The notes under the pieces were generated by a model, which saw only the letters and a program-made list of their open reading frames with translations, was not told the DNA's origin and made no database searches. Both the position numbers and the translations under genes were made by a program. A stretch of DNA of 64,000 bases, from positions 16,802,001 to 16,866,000 of the forward strand of contig CM022671.1 in assembly GCA_012295275.1 (NCBI GenBank), written 5' to 3'. Position 1 is the first letter of the stretch. Each line of letters starts with the position of its first letter. This DNA is from Chrysomallon squamiferum (taxonomy: Eukaryota > Animalia > Mollusca). Of the stretch, positions 18,012-31,289 are shown piece by piece.

Positions 18012-19939
18012 TTATTTTACCTCACTTAATACACTTATTAATCAACAAAACTTCAAAGACTTTACTTTTTAAATCCTTTCATATGTAATGTTTTTGTCTG
18101 AAATATATATATATATATATATCTTCACAGACTTGGGATTGAGCAGCTGCAGTTATTAATAAATCTTGTTTCTGTTTCATTGTCTGATTACCAGCTGTTG
18201 CCTGCAGTTTAACATACGTGATGTGTCTGTAGGCTGGAACACTGTGCCATTGCCCGTGTGAATGTAAGGGATTCGATGACCTGGATCCTTTATTGGCTAA
18301 TTATCCCTTGTATGTTTCTCCAATATATATAAACCTAAATCCACCATTTTGTTTCCCTAGACATTGATCTATTCCTGTAAATGCAAAATGTTATATTTTG
18401 ATTTGTGGTCAATAAATTTTATACATATTTAGAATTATATAATAGGAATAGAGCTTTATTGTTTGGCTCTTATAAATCTGAAGCGTATATATATATATTT
18501 AGGTAGAGGTACTTACTAATTTCATAATTTTTGGATAATTATCTGTCAAGTTGCAGTAGTAATGCTAAAAATTAGGTCAGCAACATGGCTGTGGTGATAG
18601 CAAATTGGGATAGATCAAATCCAGGTCTAACACCAGAGAAAACAAGCAGTTAAAATAACTGAAAAATAATATTTTAAATTTATATTGTAGTGTCATCAGC
18701 TTAATCATAACAGCTACAGCAAACCACTGATACACAATATCTGTATTTGTCATAGTTCTAAATGTCATCTTCCACTGGCTTATTCAGATGATATACTAAA
18801 TATCGTATGTGATGAGTAAAAAAACAAATACAAAACCTGAAAAAAACCCCATAAAAAACTTTTTTAAAAATATAATAGTTTCTAAAAAAAATATATTCTA
18901 AAACTATTAATGCTTGAATATTTAATAGATAAAAATTAATAACATTTGTTTGCTAAAAAACAAAACCCACTAAAAAAAAAAAAAACCAACAATAACTATG
19001 TTTAGTGTATTAATATTTGAATATTCATAAAAGAGATTTAAAAAAAGATAATAAAATGTGTGCCATAGGTAACAGGACCTGTAGTGAACAGCTTGACTGC
19101 CAGCTGTCACTTGCAGTTGATTGTAATTATTCATGCTAGGGCAAAACAATGATAGAAAACAAAGCATTCACAATTAGTGAAATATATCTTACTCACAGTA
19201 CACACACGTTTTGCTCACTGTATGCAAACACATTTTATTCTCAATACACGAACACATTTTACTCTCAATACACAAAGATATTTTATTCACAGTATACAAA
19301 CACATTCTCCTCACAATACACAAACACATTGCTCTCAGTTCACACACATTTTGTTCACGGTAAACAAATATACACCATTCAGAGCACATAAACACAAATC
19401 TTATTCACAGTACACAAACACGTTTTTCTCAAAATACACACATTCCTCACGGTTTAGAATCACACATTTTGTTCACAGTACACACACGTACATATTAAGA
19501 CATATTTTTTCTTTTTTTAATTTAAATATCATTATCGGGTACATATATATTAAGACATATTTTTTCTTTTTTTAATTTAAATATCATTATCGGGTACATA
19601 CATATTAAGACATAAACATACACACTGATCACAGTACACACATGTATTGTTCAGAGGACATAAACACATCTTGTTCACAATGCCCCTTGTCAGTGTGTTC
19701 TGTCTTAATAATTTTATGTATGTTAGATTGGTTGGTCACTATAAATGGTGTAGTATTTAAAAGAAAACAAAAACAGCAACAAAAATTCCCAACTAATAAT
19801 GGATTGGTGTTAGAAACTATGTAGAAATGGTGGATTTTATTTGGTTTTTCACTGGGTTCATTAATAATGCTGCTCTCTATTCTGAAGCTGGATATACATG
19901 TATTATCACTGTATGTATGGACTGAGGTGTTTGTGTATC

Positions 19940-19997
<58 letters not shown>

Positions 19998-20198
19998 TAT
20001 CTGTGTGTGTGTGTGTGTGGTTTATTGAAATGAAATAAAGATTAATAAGAATGGAGAATTTTCTTTTTAATAAACAGAGAAATAAAAACTAACAGTAACT
20101 ATGTAATTGATACAAGTAACAAATTAACAATGTAATTTCACAGTACAAAATAATTTGAATAATTTATTTAGTTTGATGATCCTTTAGATGTTCATTCA

Positions 20199-20246
<48 letters not shown>

Positions 20247-23200
20247 TTACAGAGCAACATGGCAGCCAGCAGGAAAATTCATCGTAGCTCTGCCCAGTCA
20301 GTGTACCACTAATCTCGTGTATACCACTAAGCTTGTAGAAGCAGGCCGTGTTCAGTTTGAATACCAATACACTGATCCAGAAACACTATTTCACTTTATG
20401 GTGAGTACTAGAAAAGTTGTGTTTTCTGTGTTGTTTTCATGTAATTATAAAAATTAGCAAATTTTGATAAGCCATATAATTATCATTTTGATAAGCCATA
20501 TAATATATATATATTACACAAAGAATACATTGATACAGTTGATTTTTGAGCAAACACATACATACATACATACATACATGTACTATATATATAATTACAC
20601 AAACATATACTTATACAAACAGATTCTATGTGTAACAAGTGCCTTATTAAATTTCCATTCTGGAACTACATTACCATTTTGCTTTTGTATAAAAGAAAAT
20701 ATGTTTTTTTAACATTGAGTCAAAACATATCAGTGGAGAAGCAGATGGAGATGGTGGGTAGAAAAAATATTCTGATTAAAGTGAAGATGTAGAGTTTATT
20801 GGTTTTGTGTGGCTTAATGTTTTTCTTTTTATTAATGTCCAGTTCGTATCACAAGATATTGGATCTCAGCACACACCTGTACAATATTGTTAAACAGTTT
20901 ACCTTAATTTATTCCAGTTCTTTTGATGCTATGGTTTGTATCGGTTTTATGCTTGCTGAATATTACTAGCCATGTAATATGATTGATTTAGTTATTTAGG
21001 TATTATTAATAATTTTCCATTTCTACAGGTAAATGAATTGTAATAATTTTTGCTACTTACAATTAAATTTTTAATTTTTTTTTGGATTTAAATATCATTA
21101 TGGCATATAGAAGAAAACTTTTCTAATTTTGCATTTGTATGATAGTACCGAAGTTTGCTTGAATTTTCAAATATCCTTACAAGTGAAAAATTATTTATTT
21201 ATTTATTTTTTTTCCTAATAATTTCTGTATATTTTTGTTTCCAATTTAATATTTTTATTTTTATGCATGAAAAGATTTTTTAAATCTATAATAATCAAAT
21301 TATAATTATCTTACATTATTTTTTTTTAATTTTGTTTTCTTTCTTTTTAATTTTTTTTTTTTTTTCTGTTTCAAATTTAGTAACTAATTTACTTCTATGT
21401 TTTAAAAGCCTAATTCGGCTGACATTTTATTTAAATCCCATGAAACTAAATTAAACTTATCTTGATGTGGACAGAGTTTCAAATTGTATACTGATGTTTT
21501 GACTAATGAACCCTTCTTCTTCAACATGTTATTGATCTGTGTTTTTTTTCTCTGAGGACTTGCAAGCAGTAGATTATTTTGTTACTTTAATCTCATTTCT
21601 TTTTTTAACCAGTAGGCCTGAGTTTCAAAAATCTTCTTTCCTACCTAAAACGATAACATTTCCAGAATAAAATTTCCATGACCCATATAAGGAAGAAAAT
21701 GACTTAATTAAAAACCAAATTGTTAATGATTAATTGTCCATCTAATTCTCCCACCTACATCTGGGATAAGAATGCCAGCCATACTGCTGATCAGAGTTAT
21801 TGAAAATCTATAGCCATTCAGAGTGTTTCTTGTTTTTCCTTGTTTTTTTCATTATTATTTATCTGTAATGCTTTTTTTAATATTTTTTTTTGTCCTTAAT
21901 AATAAGAAAATAGCATTTAAATGAATCCTTTTTTTGATTTATCATACTAGAAATCGGCATTCACAATACAAACAATGGAAGAGGACTTTTTTTTAACTGT
22001 TTTTATTAATTTTTAAATTTTTATTTTTATTTTAATAGATTAACAATGCTAACTATTTTTTTTTCTTCAGAATTTTTAATACAAACATATGATGAATAAC
22101 TCCAGTCGATTAGTAAATCTGCAGGTAACCTGATCAAATCTCTGTGGTTTGGTGTTCCAGCTACTGTCCCACGGTTGGTTTATCAAATGATATATTAATC
22201 TGTCTGAATGGGAAAATGCACATATCCTTTATTGCCAATCAGTATGTGTAGACACAACTCTGTCCATTAGTGGATTTTAAATGGAAGTCCACAAAAAACA
22301 GTGGATAGATAACGGGATAAAATATATTTGGTTTCTGTTCTGAACAGCGCCCATGACTGGTTTATCAAAATGTATGATGTATGCCTTCTCCTAAGAGATA
22401 AAATGCATATATTTGTTATTGTTAAATGATACGAATGGTCATGAGCTTGTCCATTAAAATGATTCATGGATTTTGAATGGAAGGTATCAGGATAAAATTT
22501 CTTTGCCATGACCGTATTCTTTTATCCAAGTGAGAAAATGCATATGTCTGTTGCTTTTAATTGGTATGGATGGTCATGACTTTGTTTGTTTTGTGGATTT
22601 TGAATTAAAGACTGTAATGCCAAGTCGAAACTTATAGTCAACTGACTGGGTAGTAAAAGCCATTCATTTTATTTTAATGACTGTCACTGTGTTTTTGGTG
22701 ACCATAACAAAACCATTTGATATTTTTAACAGATGAAGATGCTGGGTTATGAAAATGGTTTCAGTCATTTTAGTGTATTATTTTAGTGTCTGAGTTCATT
22801 TTTAAATTTTTAAAACATGAAGATAGACAATAATTTTAGTGTCTGAGTTATGGTGACAATAACAGCACCATTATTTCACAGTCTGAGTATTGGTCACAAT
22901 TACAGTATCATTTTTTTATTTTTAAAACATGAAGACAGCTGGGTTATAATAATGATTCAGTATATTATTCTAGTGACTGAGTAATGGTGACAAATTACAT
23001 TCTTATTATTTGATATTTGTAAAAGCTGGTGATGCTACTGTGTTAACTGACTGTATTGTGAACTGTACGTCTTGTTGTTTTAGGTGCAGAACAATCAGTG
23101 TCAGTCTCTAGATGATGATCAGAGTCCCGAGTGGCCTAAGATCACTGAGGAGGGAGAGTGGAGCACTATGAAAGTATGTACTAAATAACTTAACAAATGT

Positions 23201-25265
23201 TGAAAACTCTGCTGAGAAGTCACCCTTTGCCATTATATTCCAGCCATTGATTTTTCACATAAAAGAAAAAAGACGTCAGAATAATAATTTCTAAAAAGTC
23301 TGAATTGTAAAGTGTAAAAATGTATTTTTATTATTTGATATAAGCTTGATATCATTAAAAATACTATTATTAGTTTCTAAAGGTGCTAATTTTTAATTAT
23401 TATTATTATATTTTTTAGCTGTGATAAATGTATACAGTTAATTAAATGGATCATTCTATAATAAACATACTCTGTATTCAAAATTTATAAGTTTCTGTAT
23501 CATCTGAGAGATGATAGGTTTTAATTAGTTGCCCTCAATTATTTTATTTCCCACTCCAGCTTTTACCTGTTACTAATCTGTCCTAAGCTTTGCTTTATTT
23601 TCCTGTTTGTGAGAAGGTGCAGATTTATGATCACTATCTGCTACTGCATAAGATTAGCCAATGGCATCAGTTTCTAACAACAACATTTATTAAAAATCTT
23701 GTATCTTTTTTTTTAACATTAGTGACTGGTTAATGCTGAAATATGTAGATGTGTTTTTAATACTGTTTACTTGTCTGCAGTACAACTCATATGCTTGACA
23801 TCTAGTAACTGATACTACTGAAGTGTGTTGTTAAACAATTGTGTTTGTGTGACTGCAGGTTAATCTGATGACAGGTATGAATGTGCTGAGATGGAGAGCT
23901 ATGGGTTCAATATCAAGTATAGGCCAGTCGAGTCGAAACCCAATCCGCATCAGAAGAATTGTCATATCAGGTAACAACTATAATTTTTAATTATATGTCC
24001 TCCTAGGCAATTTATTTCTTCAAGATAATCATATTATGTTGTTGTTTTTTTGTACATCTTGACAGTTTATTTTTCAAAGTTAGATCAAATTACCTTTTTT
24101 TTTTGTTATAAATATTTTTTTTGTCAGTTTATTTCTCATATTGATTTTCTTTTCTAAGAGTTGAATGAAAGCTTTCATATTAATCCGTTATAAAATGTTT
24201 TGATCAAATTACATCTTTATACATAAAATTAAATATTAGAAGATACGTAATTTAATTTCCTCCACAGAATTTGTTTTTATACTACCTAATGGTGTTTCTG
24301 ATAATGTGGTATGGTTTTGAGTAAATGCCCAGATTTTATTTCTGTTTTTGTTTCAGAAAGTGCTCTAATACAATTTGAAAAAATAGGAAAATGATAATGT
24401 ATATAAAACACCTCATTATTATTATTATAGGCAGATGTGCAGGATTATAAAATATCCTGTTATTTCAGATCCATTGACAAAATAACGTTATTACTGTTTT
24501 ACTTGTTTAGGAGTGGCGTACACGTCTGAATGTACAAAATGTAGAAATGGCACGTACAGCAGTGGTGGGGCGGCTTTCTGCACCATGTGTGGGAAGGACA
24601 CAGTGTCCACTCGAGGAGCATCCACCTGCACACAGTGTGACAAAGAGACACAGTACGCATGTAAGATATGTTTCTTTTTTGTTAAAAAATCACGTTTGTG
24701 AGTAATTTGTCATCATTTTTAGTATGTTAATAGAATGACTGTCATGTTAGTAATTTGAAAAAAAAAGAAAAAAAAAGATATGCTGATTTGGAAATTATTC
24801 TAAAAGAATAATAATAAAATAAAAAAAATAATGATAATGATAATAAATAAATAAAGTAACTGAAATAATGCAATGGAAAAATACTTTTCATGATTTTGTT
24901 TCATGGTAACATTACAGTGAACATGTTTTCACTTTGAATTATTAACAAACTTGATAAAATATGGAAAAATATATTTTAATTGAAATGACAGCACAACAGT
25001 TATCACAGAGAATTAACAGGCATGTGGGATTTTCCACTTCATTGCTGATTGCTGTCCATAATTGAAGAAGATGGAATAATCTAGTTTACCATTTAATAAA
25101 ATTTAATCTGAATAATTATATTTTGATTTTAATATTTAATAATCTTTGCTATGTAGTTCTTATTGTAATCATTTTTATTTTTTTTATTTTTTTTTTTTTT
25201 TCAGTTGTTATAAAAGTAATTAATTTTTGTAGGTTTCTTTCTAACATGTCTTTTGTCTACTGTTT

Positions 25266-25299
<34 letters not shown>

Positions 25300-26352
25300 T
25301 GCCGGGTTCTTCAGAGTGCAAGCTCAGACCTCCATGCACTTCAAAAGATTATTATGAATATCAGACTCCTTGTAATGAAAAGAAACAGGTGAGAAATTTG
25401 TATGTTAATATGAAAATTTTTTAATTTATTAAAAAAATTAAATGTTTTTTATTTTGTTAAAAAAGAAATATATGAATATATATGATATAGCCCTTTTACA
25501 AAACAGATAATTAAATGACAGTAATGAAATTGTTTGTTCAGTTACCAGCAATTCACTATTTACATCAGTTTATGAAAAAAAAAATTAAACAAACTGAAAA
25601 AAAATAGGAAAAAATATAATTTCAAAATAATAACCTTCAATATTAAGACCATCATTGCCATTAATAAAGACATTTTGTATTTAAAATTTTAATCCTTCTT
25701 TATCACTGTATCATTGTTATGAAAATACGATAATCATAACTAGTCATAACATTTATAATTTTTAGTATATGTGTTAATTTGTTGCCAAAAAAAAAAAGAA
25801 ACCTCATTTCTTTCAAATTTGTTATAAATCAAAATGTTAATTAATGCATGTTGATGTATTCTAAATATATATATTTTTTTTTTTTTAAATTCATTTTTTT
25901 AATGTAGCAAATAATAACTTAAAAATAAAAATTCATTATTTTCACATTAATGTAGCAAATAATAACTTAAAAATAAATAAAAAATTCATTATTTTCAAAT
26001 TAATGTAGCAAATAATAACTTACAAAAATAAAACTTTCCTAACTGGCTGTTCCTTCCAGACCACGAAGACCTACGACTGGATCAGGCCACAGATCTGCAG
26101 CGACAAACTCTCGGGATCAGTGAGCTTGCCACCAGATGGCGCCCCCAGTCCCTGTCCCCCATGTAACCCCGGCATGCACACAGTGAACGGGTCCAAGTGC
26201 GAGTTCTGTCCAGCGAACCAGTTCTCGGATGGGTCACAGCCGTGTCGGGAGTGTCGCGCGTCCACCTCGCCGCAGTACGCGCTCGAGTACAAGTGGTGGA
26301 TGGACATGCCTCCCAACGTGTCCAGCCGGTGTCTGTCCATGTCAGGTACGTC

Positions 26353-26418
<66 letters not shown>

Positions 26419-26479
26419 TACAAGTGGTGGATGAACATGCCTCCCAACGTGTCCAGCCGGTGTCTGTCCATGTCAGGTA

Positions 26480-26511
<32 letters not shown>

Positions 26512-26924
26512 AGTACAAGTGGTGGATGGACATGCCTCCCAATGTGTCCAGCCGGTGTCTGTCCATGTCAGGTACGTGTGTGTGTGTGTGTGTCTGTGTG
26601 TGTGTGTGAATACAAGTGGTGGATGGACATGCCTCCCAACGTGTCCAGCCGGTGTCTGTCCACGTGTGTGTGTGTGTGTGTGTGTGTGAGTACAAGTGGT
26701 GGATGGACATGCCTCCCAACGTGTCCAGCCGGTGTCTGTCCATGTCAGGTGTGTGTGTGTGTGTGTGTCTGTGTGTGTGTGTGTGTGTGTGTGAGTACAA
26801 GTGGTGGATGGACATGCCTCCCAACGTGTCCAGCCGGTGTTTGTCCATGTCAGGTACGTGTGTGTGTGTGTGAGTACAAGTGCTGGATGGACATGCCTCC
26901 CAATGTGTCCAGCCGGTGTCTGTC

Positions 26925-26964
<40 letters not shown>

Positions 26965-27024
26965 TACAAGTGGTGGATGGACATGCCTCCCAACGTGTCC
27001 AGCCAGTGTCTGTCCATGTCAGGT

Positions 27025-27075
<51 letters not shown>

Positions 27076-27135
27076 TACAAGTGGTGGATGGACATGCCTC
27101 CCAATGTGTCCAGCCGGTGTTTGTCCATGTCAGGT

Positions 27136-27170
<35 letters not shown>

Positions 27171-27303
27171 TACAAGTGGTGGATGGACATGCCTCCCAAC
27201 GTGTCCAGCCGGTGTCTGTCCATGTCAGGTGTGTGTGTGTGTGTGTGAGTACAAGTGGTGGATGGACATGCCTCCCAATGTCCAGCCGGTGTCTGTCCAT
27301 GTC

Positions 27304-27372
<69 letters not shown>

Positions 27373-27433
27373 TACAAGTGGTGGATGGACATGCCTCCCA
27401 ACGTGTCCAGCCGGTGTCTGTCCATCCATGTCT

Positions 27434-27477
<44 letters not shown>

Positions 27478-27553
27478 TACAAGTGGTGGATGGACATGCC
27501 TCCCAACGTGTCCAGTCGGTGTCTGTCCATGTCAGGTAAGTGTGTGTGTGTGT

Positions 27554-27584
<31 letters not shown>

Positions 27585-27725
27585 AGTACAAGTGGTGGAT
27601 GGACATGCCTCCCAACGTGTCCAGCCGGTGTTTGTCCATGTCAGGTACGTGTGTGTGTGTCTGTGTGTGTGTGTGAGTACAAGTGGTGGATGGACATGCC
27701 TCCCAACGTGTCCAGCCGGTGTCTG

Positions 27726-27771
<46 letters not shown>

Positions 27772-27916
27772 TACAAGTGGTGGATGGACATGCCTCCCAA
27801 CGTGTCCAGCCGGTGTTTGTCCATGTCAGGTGTGTGTGTGTGTCTGTGTGTGTGTGTGAGTACAAGTGGTGGATGGACATGCCTCCCAATGTGTCCAGTC
27901 GGTGTCTGTCCATGTC

Positions 27917-27973
<57 letters not shown>

Positions 27974-28023
27974 TACAAGTGCTGGATGGACATGCCTCCC
28001 AATGTGTCCAGCCGGTGTCTGTC

Positions 28024-28059
<36 letters not shown>

Positions 28060-28109
28060 TACAAGTGGTGGATGGACATGCCTCCCAACGTGTCCAGCCT
28101 GTGTCTGTC

Positions 28110-28147
<38 letters not shown>

Positions 28148-28317
28148 TACAAGTGGTGGATGGACATGCCTCCCAACGTGTCCAGCCTGTGTCTGTCCAT
28201 GTCAGGTGCGTGTCTGTGTGTGTGTGTGTGTGAGTACAAGTAGTGGATGGACATGCCTCCCAACATGTCCAGCCAGTGTTTGTCAATGTCAGGTGCGTGT
28301 CTGTGTGTGTGTGTGTC

Positions 28318-28348
<31 letters not shown>

Positions 28349-29740
28349 CTGTGTGTGTGTGTGTGGCTTGACCACTCTTCTCACCTCTAGCTATGTCCAT
28401 CAGGGAAAAAAAACAAAACCAATTATTCCATATATTTAGAATTAATTGTTTTTTTGTTTTTTTTTATGTTTTATGGGTTAGTGTTACTGGAGAAATGAAA
28501 ATAAAAAAGTTACTTATTCTTGTAATACTGAAGATCATTTTTAATAATAAGTAAAGTACTAAGTATCAAACTGTTAAGGTTCAGTTTTTGCATTTATATA
28601 TTGGACAAATACTGTGTTCAGCTAATTAACTGACACTGTTTAAACACTGTGTTTGAGCTAATTAACTAATGCTGTTTAAACACTGTGTGTTTCAGCTAAT
28701 TAACTAACACTGTTTAAACACTGTGTGTTTGAGCTAATTAACTAACGCTTTTTAAACACTGTGTTTCAGCTAATTAACTAACGCTTTTTAAACACTGTGT
28801 TTCAGCTAATTAACTGACACTGTTTAAACACTGTGTTTCAGCTAATTAACTAACACTGTTTAAACACTGTGTTTCAGCTAATTAACTGACACTGTTTAAA
28901 CACTGCTTTTCATCTAATTAACTGACACTGTTTAAACACTGTGTTTCAGCTAATTAACTAACACTGTTTAAACACTGTGTTTCAGCTAATTAACTAACAC
29001 TGTTTAAACACTGTGTGTTTCAGCTAATTAACTAACACTGTTTAAACACTGTGTGTTTCAGCTAATTAACTGACACTGTTTAAACACTGTGTGTTTGAGC
29101 TAATTAACTGACACTGTTTAAACACTGTGTGTTTGAGCTAATTAACTAACACTGTTTAAACACTGTGTGTTTCAGCTAATTAACTAACACTGTTTAAACA
29201 CTGTGTGTTTCAGCTAATTAACTAACTGTTTAAACACTGTGTGTTTCAGCTAATTAACTAACAGTCGTTAATATATATATATATACTGCTTGTCGTCATG
29301 TTCATTTCAAGATAATAATAAATTCACCTCGGTGGAGTTAAAGAATTCTTATTTGAAATAATGTACATTTTCCTAAACATTTTGTGTTTAAATGATATAA
29401 GTAATTATTTTATTTTATTTTATTTTGTGTTTATTTCTCCAGAACAAAAGTGTTCTATTGATGCTGGCTGGGTGCTGGGTAACGACCACATCAGAAGTCA
29501 GTTCAGTCACGAACGAGAAGTTTTTCTTATTCTCACAATGGAAATTCCTGGATTTCGAGGCAAAACTCACATTGGTAGCAGCAAAACAGAAGTCGTTGGT
29601 GATGTGACCTTCACCTTTGAAACCAACTGCTCAAATAGATGTGAATTAGTCTTTTTGACGGTAGGCTTGATAATGTTTCTGTCGTCTTTGAATAGAATTT
29701 TTATTATGTTTTGATATTTGTTAGAAATAGTAACATCATA

Positions 29741-29776
<36 letters not shown>

Positions 29777-31234
29777 CTGAACATAATGTGTTAAAAATAC
29801 TTGTTAAACTGACAGAAGGACTGGTTGTATTATAAACTGACTGATAAGCAGATGTTTAAAATCTCAGTATGTACATTTTATTATGCCCATGACCATCCAA
29901 CTAATTTGATGATTCAGTAGTTTTATACAGATTAATATATGCATTAATATAATTTACCAGTTTCTTGGGATGAGAGATAGGTCAGTAATACCCAAAATTT
30001 AAATCTTTAAAAAAGGTCTAAATTTAGATCTTTCAAAAAAAAAAGACAGTGTCCACATTTCGATAGCAGTATTTTTTAAAACTTGTTAAAACGTAGTTAT
30101 ATCTAAATAACTAAGAATATTTAGAAAAATCACTTTATCATACCTATTTGAAAGAGTTTTAGTTTTATTTTCTTAAATATCATTTTATTTTTTATTTTTC
30201 AAGGGTGATGTGGTGAGTTTTCTTGGAGTGTTCTTTGTATATTGTAACCTTTCAGACAACCTGCTTTATTCTCCTACAGATTAAAATCAGTTTGCAGTTC
30301 CTACAATGTTCAAGTGTTAGCTTGTTGAACTGTTTGATTGATCATGTTTAGCGGCTAATAATAAATAATACTGTGCATCGTGAAACTTATCAAGCTTATT
30401 TTCCCAGTAAATAACTTCTGTTTAGGATTAAATTAAAATTATCATGATATAATTATTGTATCAAAGTTTAAAGATAAATAAAGTTATATATACAGTGGTA
30501 CCTTGACTTACAAGTTTAATTTGTTCCTTGGTCGAGCTTGTAACTCAATTTGCTCATATATCAAACCAGTTTTCCTAACTGCAGTTAATTGAAATACCAT
30601 TAATCTGTTCCTTACCCCCAAAACATGTTTTTAAATAAGAAAAATGTATGTACAAATCACAAATGTTGTATAAAAAAACAAAATAAAAGAGAATGTAAAG
30701 AAATAAATTGGTTTTGTAAAGTGTAATTATCTTCAAGATCAGACAAATTATTTTAATGCCTTTGGCTGGAGTTACAGCCTTTATCGACTCCTGCTTCAGT
30801 ATGGTACTATGCTCATACTCTCTAGCCATGTTGACTACATGCACACCTCACTCACTTTCTTACAATCCATGGTCAGAAAAAAGAAATTTGGCAAAATTGT
30901 GCACAAAATTGCAAACACAACGTAACTCAAAAAAGCTCACACATTGGAGCACTTGTAAGTCAAGGTACTACTGTATATTGTATATTGTTATACAGTGTTA
31001 AAAATATGTTGATGCCTCACCACTGAAGCTCTAAATCAAGTTATTTTTATGTTGTTCGATATGACATACCAGTATTAGAAACAAGTATATTTGAAGATTT
31101 ATCTTTTCGTTCTGTTGACGTGTTTCAGTACATGTGTGATCATCCTTTCTAAAATTCTGTTCTTGAGCTACAATCAATATCAAATACAATGAACTTAACA
31201 CATAATTGTGACCCATCATCAGGTCTTAAGTTAA

Positions 31235-31289
<55 letters not shown>

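Noticed and set aside
26197-27585. 462-aa Cys/Val-rich ORF and overlapping His/Thr-rich antisense ORFs
   Set aside because: Products of stop-free (GT)n and the repeat unit; no evidence for independent genes.
26285-28364. CRISPR-like repeat-spacer appearance
   Set aside because: The spacers are (GT)n microsatellites rather than unique sequence, the repeat is a copy of a host exon, there are no cas genes and the context is eukaryotic.
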